This document shows positions 29,830 to 39,291 of a stretch of 64,000 nucleotides of DNA, in pieces. The position numbers and the translations under genes were made by a program. The first letter of the stretch is position 1, and each line of letters begins with the position of its first letter. Source of the DNA: Gemmatimonadota bacterium (GTDB taxonomy: Bacteria; Gemmatimonadota; Gemmatimonadetes; Gemmatimonadales; GWC2-71-9); assembly GCA_036679645.1 (NCBI GenBank), contig JAZDCY010000015.1, forward strand, positions 32,001 to 96,000, given 5' to 3'. The notes below the pieces were generated by a model. The model ran no database searches. It worked only from the letters and a program-made list of their open reading frames with translations, and was not told the origin of the DNA.

Positions 29830-32114
29830 GCGAAATCAGCGAGAAACTGCAGGTTGCGATCGCCGACCGCTACACCATCGAGCGCGAACTCGGCGCCGGT
29901 GGCATGGCGACGGTCTATCTCGCGGAAGATCTGAAACACAAACGCAAGGTCGCACTCAAGGTCCTGCGGCCCGAACTTGCCGCCGTGCTCGGCGCTGAGC
30001 GGTTCGTGCAGGAGATCACCACCACTGCGGCGCTGCAGCACCCGCACATCCTCCCGCTGTACGACAGCGGGAAGGCGGGAGGGCGGGAAGGCGGGACGGA
30101 GTTTCTCTACTATGTGATGCCGTATGTCGAGGGGGAGACGCTGCGTGACAAACTCGACCGTGAGACGCAGCTCGGCATCGACGAAGCGGTGAAGATCACG
30201 GCCGAGGTGGCCGACGCGCTGTACTACGCGCACCAGCAGGGAGTGATCCACCGGGACATCAAGCCGGAGAACATCTTGCTGCACAATGGTCGACCGATGC
30301 TGGCCGATTTCGGCATCGCGCTGAGTGCCGGGGCGGATCGCAACCGGTTAACCGGGATCGGACTCGTGATCGGCACACCTGCCTACATGAGTCCGGAGCA
30401 GGTGGCCGCCGACCGAAACGTCGATGCGCACACCGATCAGTACGCGCTCGCGTGTGTGGTGTACGAGATGCTCGCCGGCGACCCGCCGTTTGTCGCTTCC
30501 AGTGATCAGGCAGTCATGGCCCGCCACGTGACGGATGCGGCACCGCCAATCGACACGGTGCGACCAGAGGTGAACGCTGCGGTGGTCCGTGCGCTTACGA
30601 AAGCCCTCGCCAAGGCGCCGATTGACCGCCATGAATCAGTGAGTGCATTCTGTGCGGCGCTGACGTCCGACACGTCTCCCGTAGATAGCGGCCCGATGTC
30701 CATCGCGGTATTGCCCTTCGTCAACATGAGCCCCGATCCGGACCAGGAGTACTTCGCCGATGGCATGGCGGAAGAACTGATCAGCGCGCTGACCAAGGTC
30801 CCGGGCCTCCGCGTCATCGCCCGTATGTCGGCCTTCGTATTCAAGGGAACGAACCAGGACATTGTGACGATCGGCGCACGACTCAGGGTCGCCATGATCG
30901 TGGAGGGCAGTGTTCGAAGACTGGGGGGACGTCTCCGTGTGACAGTGCAGTTGATCGAGGTATCGGGTGGCCACCAGGTATGGTCCGAGCGATACGATCG
31001 TGCGCTCGACGATCTCTTTGAGGTTCAAGACGATATTGCCCGTCGCATCGTGACGAGCATCACGCCGAAACTCATCGACCAAGGGAGTGAAGCGCTGATC
31101 GTCCGTCCGACCAATAGCCAGGACGCGTACGATCTGTATCTGCGTGCCGGTGAGCATCTCGCGCGCCTGAGTTCCGCAGAGACGCGCAAAGCGGTCACGA
31201 TGCTCGACAGCGCCACCGCTCTCGATCCCCACTTCGCAGGGGCGTGGGCTCGTTTGTCCGGCGCTTGTTGCTTGATGGACGGTTGGTTCGATCACGGAGT
31301 CCATTGGCACGACAAGACGGATCAGGCACTAACTCGGGCCCTCGAATTGGATCCTGACAACGCGGAGGCTCGTATGGTGCAGGGTCGCGTCCTGTGGACG
31401 CCACGTCACGGATTCCGCCACAGAGAGGCGTTGCGCGCCTTGGAGGAATCGCTTCGGTCGCAACCGGGCTCTGCTGCCGCGCGACTATGGCATAGTCTGA
31501 TCCTCTTGCATGTTGGCCTCATGACAAATGCGGAGGAGGGCCTCGAGGAATTGCTGGCGACCGAGCCGAACGATGCGACGGTGTTACAGTTCATCGCGCA
31601 ATGCATGCTATTCCAGTTCCGCTTCGACGCCGCGCAGGAATATCAGGCGCGGGCCCTGGCTGCGGATCCAGGGCATCATTTCGCGCAGATCTTTCAGCCG
31701 ACGGTGCTCCTGTATCAGAACGATCTTGCGGGAGCCGAGTCCGCCCTCGGGGTCGCGCGGCAGTTGCTGAAAGACGATCCGTTGCTTGACGGAAACGAGG
31801 CACTTCTGTGGGCGAAGCGGGGCGAGAGGGATCATGCCGAGGCGGCAATCGCGCGTGCGACGGACGACCGACCCTCCGTAAGTCACAGCCACCATGCGTG
31901 GCACTATGCAGCGGCGGCGTACGCCGTACTACACGAGCACAGCAAGGCGATCGCCCTGCTTCGGGACTCGGCCGACGCTGGGCTTCCAAATTATCCTTTA
32001 TTCCGCGACGATCCGCATCTGAATGCGCTGCGGACCGATTCGGACATGACCACGCTGCTCGCCGACCTGCAGCGAGAATGGACGGGATATCGTGCGGAAT
32101 TTGGCCATGCTTAG
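29826..32114 (+). CDS. K6: Ser/Thr kinase - SIAVLPF (TolB-N/adenylate-cyclase-associated) domain - TPR repeats, probably cytoplasmic
   Basis: Kinase motifs; SIAVLPFVNMSPDPDQEYFADGMAEELI; ALELDPDNAEA TPR units; no TM segment. Confidence 0.9.
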   Translation: MSEISEKLQVAIADRYTIERELGAGGMATVYLAEDLKHKRKVALKVLRPELAAVLGAERFVQEITTTAALQHPHILPLYDSGKAGGREGGTEFLYYVMPYVEGETLRDKLDRETQLGIDEAVKITAEVADALYYAHQQGVIHRDIKPENILLHNGRPMLADFGIALSAGADRNRLTGIGLVIGTPAYMSPEQVAADRNVDAHTDQYALACVVYEMLAGDPPFVASSDQAVMARHVTDAAPPIDTVRPEVNAAVVRALTKALAKAPIDRHESVSAFCAALTSDTSPVDSGPMSIAVLPFVNMSPDPDQEYFADGMAEELISALTKVPGLRVIARMSAFVFKGTNQDIVTIGARLRVAMIVEGSVRRLGGRLRVTVQLIEVSGGHQVWSERYDRALDDLFEVQDDIARRIVTSITPKLIDQGSEALIVRPTNSQDAYDLYLRAGEHLARLSSAETRKAVTMLDSATALDPHFAGAWARLSGACCLMDGWFDHGVHWHDKTDQALTRALELDPDNAEARMVQGRVLWTPRHGFRHREALRALEESLRSQPGSAAARLWHSLILLHVGLMTNAEEGLEELLATEPNDATVLQFIAQCMLFQFRFDAAQEYQARALAADPGHHFAQIFQPTVLLYQNDLAGAESALGVARQLLKDDPLLDGNEALLWAKRGERDHAEAAIARATDDRPSVSHSHHAWHYAAAAYAVLHEHSKAIALLRDSADAGLPNYPLFRDDPHLNALRTDSDMTTLLADLQREWTGYRAEFGHA

Positions 32115-32141
32115 CCGGCGGCTGCCGCGAAGGGAACGTTG

Positions 32142-34772
32142 ATGCCTGAAGTTGACGATCGCCTCGCCGCCGCCCTTGCGGGCCGCTACACCATCGAGCG
32201 TGAACTCGGCGCCGGTGGTATGGCGACGGTCTATCTCGCTGAAGATTTGAAACACAAACGCAAGGTCGCAGTCAAAGTGCTGCGGCCCGAACTCGCCGCG
32301 GTGCTCGGTGCCGAGCGGTTCGTGCAGGAGATCACCACCACAGCGAATCTGCAACACCCCCACATCCTCCCGCTGTTCGATTCGGGCGAAGCGGACTCTT
32401 TCCTTTATTACGTCATGCCGTACGTCGAAGGCGAGACGTTGCGCGACAAACTCAATCGCGAAACGCAACTCGGCATCGATGAAGCGGTGAGGATTGCGAC
32501 CGATGTGGCAGATGCGCTGGACTACGCGCACCGCAACGGAGTGATCCACCGCGACATCAAGCCCGAGAACATCCTGCTGCATGACGGCCGGCCAATGGTT
32601 GCCGACTTCGGCATTGCGCTGGCCGTGAGCGCGGCGGCGGGTGGGCGCATGACGGAAACCGGATTGAGCCTCGGCACTCCGCACTACATGTCGCCCGAGC
32701 AGGCGACCGCGGAGAAGGAGATCTCTGCCCGTTCAGACGTGTACTCGCTGGGCAGCGTGCTGTACGAGATGCTGACGGGGAATCCGCCGCACGTTGGGGC
32801 GACGGCGCAGCAGATCATCATGAAGATCGTGACCGAAGATGCACAGCCGGTCACGAAGCTCAGGAAGTCAGTGCCGCCGCACGTGGCGGCGGCCGTGGCA
32901 CAGTCGCTCGAGAAACTGCCGGCGGATCGGTTGGAGAGCGCGAAGGCCTTGGCCGAGGCGCTTGCCAATCCTGCATTCACCTCCGCGAGCACGGTGACGA
33001 GTGGAACGACGTCTGCCGTACCGACGTTCCGGCGTTCCGCCGTTTCGCTGACGCTCGCCGCCACGACGGTGTTTGCAGTCGCGCTCGCAGCCTGGGGCTG
33101 GTTGCGCTCGTCTCCGCAAGCGCCGCTGGGTCGGTTCAATATCGCGCTCGCCGAAGATCAGGCTGTGCAACCAGGGCGGGGGCCGCGCATCGCGGTCTCG
33201 CCGGATGGTTTGCGCTTCGTGTACGTGGGGCCGGGCGAAGGGGGTGGACAGCTCTGGGTGCGCGAACGCGACCAGCTTGCTGCGCGGCAGTTGGCGGGCA
33301 CCGAAGGGGCCATCAGCCCGTTCTTCTCGCCGGACGGACGGCGCGTGGGCTTCTTCACCATCGCGCCGATGCGCCTCAAGACCGTCTCACTCGGCGGTGA
33401 ACCACCCGTGACGGTGGCGGACTCGGGTATCGACTGGGACGGCGGCGCTTGGGGGGCCGACGGGTACATCTACTCGGACAGCCCCAACGGTCTCGTCCGC
33501 GTTTCACAAGGCGGCGGCCGCGTCGAGCGCGTGACCCAACTCGACACTGTCCGGGGGGAGCAGAACCACAACTACCCCGCGATGCTCCCCAACGGGAAGG
33601 GTGCGTTGTTCATCGTCTTTCGCGGGGGCGTCCCCGACTACGAGGTCGCGGCAGTGGACCTCCGCACGGGACTCCATCACGTCCTAACCAAGGGTGTCTA
33701 CGCCCGCTACGCCGCGCCGGGTTATCTCGTGTACGTCACGGCGACGGGGACCCTGATGGCGGTGGCGTTTGACGAGAGCAGCCTTCAGCTCACCGGCGAG
33801 GCCACGGCATTGGCGGAAGGAATCAGCGTTCGCGGGTTTGGCTACGTCGACCTGGGACTCTCGCTCACCGGGACGCTGCTCTATTCGGGCGGCGACGCGA
33901 GTGCCGCCGTGACCGACCTGGTCTGGGTGAGCCGAAGCGGTGAGGTGCAGGTGATCGATTCCAGCGCGTACGACTCGCCGGTGATTTCACCAGACGGAAG
34001 CCGGGTCGCTGTCGCCGTGAGCACGCTGGGCGAACAGCAGATCTGGATTCGCCTCATGCCCGATGGACCGTCTTCCAAGTTGACGTTTGATGGCAGTGAT
34101 AGTGGGCGGCCGTTCTTCTCGCCCGATGGCCGCATGGTCGGGTTCTACACGAGCCAGACGCGAACCCGGAGCCTGTTTGCCGCCCCGCCGGATACGCTGC
34201 TCGTCATCCCACGGGCCGTGTGGGAGGGGACATGGTCGCGGGACGGGCGGTGGCTCGTGTACCGGGAGAACAGCACGCCTGAGGCGAACCTGATGGCGGT
34301 GCGCACGGACGGAGATACGACACCCGTGACACTCGTAGCGACCGTGTTCAACGAGCGCTCACCGACGCTGTCGCCCGATGGGCAGTGGCTTGCGTACGCA
34401 TCGGACGAATCCGGCATCACCGAGATCTACGTTCGTCCCTTCCCGGAGACGGCGCGGGCGAAGCGGCAGGTGTCGTTGCACGGCGGCACCGAGCCCCTGT
34501 GGTCCCACAGCGGGCGGGAGTTGTTCTACCGCAATCCGACCGGGGACATGGTGGCGGCCGCGATCACCACTCAGCCGGCCTTTGCGGTCGGGCGCCAGAC
34601 GGTGCTGTTTGCTGGTTCGGACTACGCCGTGGACGACTCCCATCGGCAGTATGACGTCTCGCCCGATGACCGTCGCTTCCTCATGATTCGGGAACGAGGT
34701 GGCGGCGAGCGCGCGAATCTGATTCTGGTGGACAACTGGTTCCAGGAACTCATCGCCAAGGTGGGGCGGTGA
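32142..34772 (+). CDS. K7: Ser/Thr kinase - TM - TolB/PD40 beta-propeller receptor
   Basis: Intact kinase motifs; TM LTLAATTVFAVALAAWGWL; SPDG repeats. Confidence 0.92.
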   Translation: MPEVDDRLAAALAGRYTIERELGAGGMATVYLAEDLKHKRKVAVKVLRPELAAVLGAERFVQEITTTANLQHPHILPLFDSGEADSFLYYVMPYVEGETLRDKLNRETQLGIDEAVRIATDVADALDYAHRNGVIHRDIKPENILLHDGRPMVADFGIALAVSAAAGGRMTETGLSLGTPHYMSPEQATAEKEISARSDVYSLGSVLYEMLTGNPPHVGATAQQIIMKIVTEDAQPVTKLRKSVPPHVAAAVAQSLEKLPADRLESAKALAEALANPAFTSASTVTSGTTSAVPTFRRSAVSLTLAATTVFAVALAAWGWLRSSPQAPLGRFNIALAEDQAVQPGRGPRIAVSPDGLRFVYVGPGEGGGQLWVRERDQLAARQLAGTEGAISPFFSPDGRRVGFFTIAPMRLKTVSLGGEPPVTVADSGIDWDGGAWGADGYIYSDSPNGLVRVSQGGGRVERVTQLDTVRGEQNHNYPAMLPNGKGALFIVFRGGVPDYEVAAVDLRTGLHHVLTKGVYARYAAPGYLVYVTATGTLMAVAFDESSLQLTGEATALAEGISVRGFGYVDLGLSLTGTLLYSGGDASAAVTDLVWVSRSGEVQVIDSSAYDSPVISPDGSRVAVAVSTLGEQQIWIRLMPDGPSSKLTFDGSDSGRPFFSPDGRMVGFYTSQTRTRSLFAAPPDTLLVIPRAVWEGTWSRDGRWLVYRENSTPEANLMAVRTDGDTTPVTLVATVFNERSPTLSPDGQWLAYASDESGITEIYVRPFPETARAKRQVSLHGGTEPLWSHSGRELFYRNPTGDMVAAAITTQPAFAVGRQTVLFAGSDYAVDDSHRQYDVSPDDRRFLMIRERGGGERANLILVDNWFQELIAKVGR

Positions 34773-34891
34773 CCGAAGTCGCTGTACGTCTCTCCGCCGC
34801 CCTGGCAGATCGCTACCGCATCGAGCGCGAACTATGCGTTGATTCGGAAGCTGAAGCTTCCGGTCGGCGCAGCACCGCCAAGCGTTCGTGA
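34769..34891 (+). pseudogene. Kinase 5' stub truncated by a TGAA-loop hairpin
   Basis: GTGA overlap with K7; MTEVAVRLSAALADRYRIERELC|VDSEAEASGRRSTAKRS*; hairpin CGGAAGC-TGAA-GCTTCCG at 34845-34862. Confidence 0.8.
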
Positions 34892-34920
34892 TTGTATGAT
34901 CTGACTAGTCAGATTATATT
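34892..34920 (+). promoter_or_regulatory. TA2 promoter with palindromic operator in the spacer
   Basis: TTGTAT-N17-TATATT; perfect palindrome ATCTGACTAGTCAGAT at 34899-34914; ATG 5 nt downstream (probably leaderless). Confidence 0.7.
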
Positions 34921-34925
34921 TCATC

Positions 34926-35210
34926 ATGCCCGATACCTATTCACTGTACGAGGCCAAGGCCAAGCTCTCAGCGCTCGTCCGCCAGGTGCGGGAGGGAGCC
35001 CGGGTGATCATCACCGTGCACGGCCAGCCGGCCGCCGAGTTGCGACCGATCGGGCCGGAAGCGGAGGGGCTGGACGCGCGCCTCGACCGGCTGGAATCGC
35101 AGGGGGTCCTCGTGCGTCCGAAGGGGGACCGCAAGGACCTGAAGGACCTGCTCGAGCCGGTGGCCAAGCGTCCGGGTGCCCTGAAACGCTTCCTCGAGGA
35201 ACGGGACTGA
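34926..35210 (+). CDS. TA2 antitoxin, Phd/YefM family
   Basis: YSLYEAKAKLSALVRQVREGARVIITVHGQPAAELRPI. Confidence 0.9.
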   Translation: MPDTYSLYEAKAKLSALVRQVREGARVIITVHGQPAAELRPIGPEAEGLDARLDRLESQGVLVRPKGDRKDLKDLLEPVAKRPGALKRFLEERD

Positions 35211-35213
35211 TTT

Positions 35214-35591
35214 GTGCGCGCCTACGTCGATACCTCGTGCCTGGTGTCGGTGGCGCTGGATGAACGTGGCAGCGCGACGGTGCGGCGGCGTCTCGGTCGC
35301 TTCGAGGAACTGCTCGCCTCGAGCCTCCTCGAGGCGGAGCTGCGGTCGGCGCTCGTCCGCGAGGGAGTGAAGGAGGACCTGCCGGTCCTCGGCCGTCTGA
35401 CGTGGATCATGCCGGACCGTCACCTGCGGCCGGAGATCGCGCGGGTGCTCTCCGCGGGATACCTTCGTGGCGCCGATTGCTGGCACCTCGCCACCGCGAT
35501 GTACGTGGCCAGGGAGCCGGCGTCGCTCGCATTCCTGACGCTGGACGAGCGGCAGGCTGCGGTCGCCTCGAAACTCGGATTCGCCACGTGA
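35214..35591 (+). CDS. vapC: TA2 toxin, PIN domain (VapC)
   Basis: AYVDTSCLV, LLEAE, LRGADCWHLATA, FLTLDERQ. Confidence 0.88.
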   Translation: MRAYVDTSCLVSVALDERGSATVRRRLGRFEELLASSLLEAELRSALVREGVKEDLPVLGRLTWIMPDRHLRPEIARVLSAGYLRGADCWHLATAMYVAREPASLAFLTLDERQAAVASKLGFAT

Positions 35592-35759
35592 GTACCACCA
35601 AACGTCTCACCACGGCGTGCCCTCGCCGACCGATACGCCACAGAGCGCGAACTTGGCGCCGATTCGGAAGCTGAAGCCTCCGCTCGGCGCTCCGCGGCTC
35701 GTCCTGAAGGACGCAGCGTCGTTCACGACGTGCCGGCGCTTCAGCGTCGGATCACACTG
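35588..35759 (+). pseudogene. Second kinase 5' stub + multi-hairpin element
   Basis: VSTTKRLTT.../ALADRYATERELGA|DSEAEAS; hairpins at 35665-35682, CGTCC-TGAA-GGACG and CCGGCGC-TTCA-GCGTCGG. Confidence 0.75.
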
Positions 35760-38420
35760 ATGACGACGATCCCTGAACGCCTCTTTGCCGCCCTCGCCGA
35801 CCGCTACCATCGAGCGCGAACTTGGCGCGGGTGGTATGGCCACCGTGTATCTCGCGGAGGATCTCAAGCACAAACGCAAGGTCGCGGTTAAGGTGCTACG
35901 TCCCGAACTTGCCGCCGTGCTCGGTGCCGAGCGGTTCGTGCAGGAGATCACCACCACCGCCAATCTTCAGCACCCGCACATTCTCCCGCTGTTCGACTCC
36001 GGTACCGTCGACGGATTTCTTTTTTACGTCATGCCGTTCATCGACGGCGAGACGTTGCGCGACAAACTCGACCGCGAGACGCAGCTCGGCATCGATGAAG
36101 CAGTCAAGATCACGACGGAAGTGGCGAACGCGCTCGACTACGCGCATCGCAACGGCGTGATTCATCGTGATATCAAGCCCGAGAACATCCTGCTGCATGA
36201 CAGCCGGCCGATGGTGGCGGATTTCGGGATCGCGTTAGCGGTGAGTGCCGCCGCGGGCGGGCGAATGACCGAGACCGGCATGAGCCTCGGCACGCCACAT
36301 TACATGAGTCCCGAGCAGGCGACTGCCGAGAAGGAGATCACGGCGCGCTCGGACGTCTACTCGCTCGGCAGTGTGTTGTACGAGATGCTGACGGGAACTC
36401 CACCGCACGTGGGTGCGTCGGCGCAGCAGATCATCATGAAGATCGTGACGGAAGAGGCGGCCCCTGTCACCAAGGTGCGGAAGGCCGTCCCAAACAACGT
36501 CGTGGCCGCCGTCGGACAGTCGTTGCAGAAGCTGCCCGCCGATCGGTTCGAGAGCGCCAAGGCGTTCGCCGAGGCGCTGAGCAATCCGCTGTTCGCCGCG
36601 CCGGGGACATTGCAAAGCATCGGCGCCGTCGCCGCGACCGGTGCCGCCACGGCGAACCGCCCGCTCTACGCCGCGCTGGCCCTCTCTGCGGTGCTGCTCG
36701 CGGTCGCCATGATCGGCTGGTTGCGGCCGGTGCCGGCGCCTGAGACCAGCAGGCAGCGCGTCGTCCTGTGGCAGAGTTCCCTGCGACAGCTGCTCGACCC
36801 CGGTATCCTGTACACAGGCACCCAGGTCGCCATCGCTCCGGACGGATCGAGCATCGTCTACGCCGATTCGAGCGGCGGCGCGCGTCTTCTGATGCACAAG
36901 ACCAGAAACGAATCTTTTGCGACACCGATGGCCGGGACGGAGGGCGCGCTGTCACCGTTCTTCTCTCCCGACGGTCGATGGATCGGCTATCACGCTTCAG
37001 ATGGCAAGTTCAGGAAGGTCCCCACCGACGGCGGCGGTTCCGTAACCCTTGTCGAGGATGCGGACATCACCTACGGCGCAGCCGCCTGGCTCGATGACGG
37101 CACGATCGTGTACGCGGGGGACCAGGGGCTGACCCGGATCAACGCCGAGGGTGGCACCAGCCAGCCCGTCGAGCCCGACACAGCGCCAGGACGGCGTACC
37201 GTCCTGACGATTTCGCCGCTGCCGGGAAGCATGGGGGTCCTGTATACGGACTGCCCTGGCAATTGCGCCATCGAATCTGCCGTTCGCGTCTTCGACTTCA
37301 GGGCGGACAGCAGCAGGAGGCGAACGCCGCCGGGGCCTGGTATTCGCCCACCGGGCATATCCTCTACACCGACCGAGCCGGCGGGCTGTACGCCATGGGA
37401 TTCGATCTCGACCGGTTGGAGGCAACCACAGGGCCGGTGCCGGTACTCGAGGACGTCGAGCCGGGCAGCTTCGCGATGTCGATGTCCGGGACCGCGATCT
37501 ACTCGGTCGCGGCCGGAGGGAACGCGCCGGCGGAGTTGATGTGGGTGTCCCGTGACGGCAGCGCGGTGCCGTTGGACTCGACCTGGCGCGGCGATTTCCA
37601 GTACCCGGCGCTGTCCCCCGACGGCGAGGCGCTCGCGGTGAGCGTGCGCGACGGGACGACTCAACTCTGGATCCGGCGATCCGATGGTACCCGGCAAAAG
37701 CTCACGCAGGAGGGGACCGTCAATTGGAGACCGGCGTGGACACCCGATGGCCGCTCGGTGGTCTTCTCATCCAACCGAGGGGGCGGGGGAACGCGGGACG
37801 ACTTCGATCTCTATGTGATGCCGGTTGACGGCAGCGTGATGGCCGAGTTGCTGCTGCATCACACCTTCGGCCTGTGGGAAGGAGAGTTTTCACGGGATGG
37901 ACGGTGGCTGGTGGTGCGGGAGGATGATGCGGATGGCTCGTCCAATATACTTGGCCGGCGCCTCGATGGAGACACTGCGCTCGTGCCGTTGCTGGTCGAT
38001 CGGGGCGAGACCTACCAGATCGCGCTGTCGCCGGATGGGCGCTGGATCGCCTACACCGGGCAAGTGACGGGGCAACCCGAAGTCTACATCGCTCCGTTCC
38101 CGGACATCACGTCGACCCGGCTCATTTCGCGCGACGGCGGGGCCGAGCCGCGCTGGGCGCACAGCGGCCGGGAACTGTTCTACACGAGCGGTGACCGGTT
38201 CATGGTCGTCGACGTCGCGCCAAGCCAGACGCTCACCTTGGGCTCCCCCCGGCCGCTCTTCTCGTTGGCGGGGTACCGCTCGGCACGTAACCGCCAGCAA
38301 TACGACGTGGCACCCGACGACCAGCATTTTATGATGATCCGAGATCAGCCCCGAGGCGCGAGCACCGTGGTCTACGTGGAGAACTGGTTTCCGGAGCTGC
38401 TAGCGAAGGTGCGTCGGTGA
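35760..38420 (+). pseudogene. K8: kinase - TM - beta-propeller receptor with two frameshifts
   Basis: MTTIPERLFAALADRY then a 2-nt loss near 35807 (gaccgctac-catcgag versus gaccgctacaccatcgag); second shift near 37320 joins track ORFs 35785-37539 and 37263-38420. Confidence 0.85.
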
Positions 38421-38575
38421 GCGACACGCCTGACCGCCTCACCTCCGCCCTCGCGGACTGCTACACGATCGAGCGCGAACTCGGCGTTGATTCGGAAGCT
38501 GAAGCTTCTGCTGGGCCTTACGCGACTCGTCCTCGACGACGTTGGCTGGCGCGGCGTCGCTCACGACGCAGCATT
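38417..38575 (+). pseudogene. Third kinase 5' stub + degenerate hairpin element
   Basis: MSDTPDRLTSALADCYTIERELG|VDSEAEAS; GATTCGGAAGCTGAAGCTTC at 38489. Confidence 0.8.
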
Positions 38576-38580
38576 GCCAA

Positions 38581-38611
38581 TGTGACCATATATGACCATA
38601 TTATGACCATG
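38581..38611 (+). promoter_or_regulatory. Probable TA3 operator (TGACCAT x3)
   Basis: tgtgaccatatatgaccatattatgaccatg overlapping the antitoxin start. Confidence 0.55.
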
Positions 38612-38878
38612 AAGGAAAAACGCGAAAAGTCCGTCAAGGTCGCGGAGCTCAAGGCCGGGTTGAGCGCGTATCTTCGTGCGGTCCGTAAGGGTCATGCGCT
38701 CACCGTCTGCGACCGCGATACTCCCATCGCCCGATTGGTGCCATACCGTCGTGACGGCGGCGCGTTGTCCGTCCGGGAGCCCCTCCGTCCGCTCCATGAG
38801 GTTCCCCTCCCACCGCCACTCGGCCGCCCCGTGGATAGCTTGGCAGCGCTGCTCGAGGAACGGCAGTCTCCGCGGTGA
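38603..38878 (+). CDS. TA3 antitoxin, Phd/YefM family
   Basis: KSVKVAELKAGLSAYLRAVRKGHALTVCDRDTPIARLVP...LLEERQ. Confidence 0.88.
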   Translation: MTMKEKREKSVKVAELKAGLSAYLRAVRKGHALTVCDRDTPIARLVPYRRDGGALSVREPLRPLHEVPLPPPLGRPVDSLAALLEERQSPR

Positions 38879-39291
38879 TCGCCTATCTCGATGCCTCGGT
38901 GGCATTGCGCCTCGTCCTCGGCGAGCCGGACCGCATGACCGGGTGGGAGGGTTTCGACGCGGCGGTCGCCAGCGCCCTCACCGAGGTCGAATGCCTGCGC
39001 ACGCTCGATCGCCTGCAGCAAATGGGATCGCTCGCGCCGGACGAAGTGGCGGAACGGCGCGCCGCCGTGTACCAGCTGCTCGAGTCCGTCGAGGTGGTTG
39101 ACGTGGCCCGTACAATTCTGCGTCGTGCCTCCGAGCCGTTTCCCACGCCGCTCGGCACGCTCGATGCAATTCACCTTGCAACCGCCATTGCCTGGCGCGA
39201 CGCGCGCACCGCGGAGTTGACCATGGCCACGCACGACAAGGCGCTCGCAACCGCCGCCCGCTCCGTGGGACTTGCTGTGATCGGTGGGTAA
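38875..39291 (+). CDS. vapC: TA3 toxin, PIN domain (VapC)
   Basis: IAYLDASVALR, LTEVE, LGTLDAIHLATA, MATHDKAL. Confidence 0.9.
   Translation: MIAYLDASVALRLVLGEPDRMTGWEGFDAAVASALTEVECLRTLDRLQQMGSLAPDEVAERRAAVYQLLESVEVVDVARTILRRASEPFPTPLGTLDAIHLATAIAWRDARTAELTMATHDKALATAARSVGLAVIGG

Noticed and set aside
38417..38878. 153-aa kinase-antitoxin fusion as a functional protein
   Set aside because: Better explained as stub + hairpin + antitoxin with its own operator and ATG at 38603/38609; read-through translation is not excluded.
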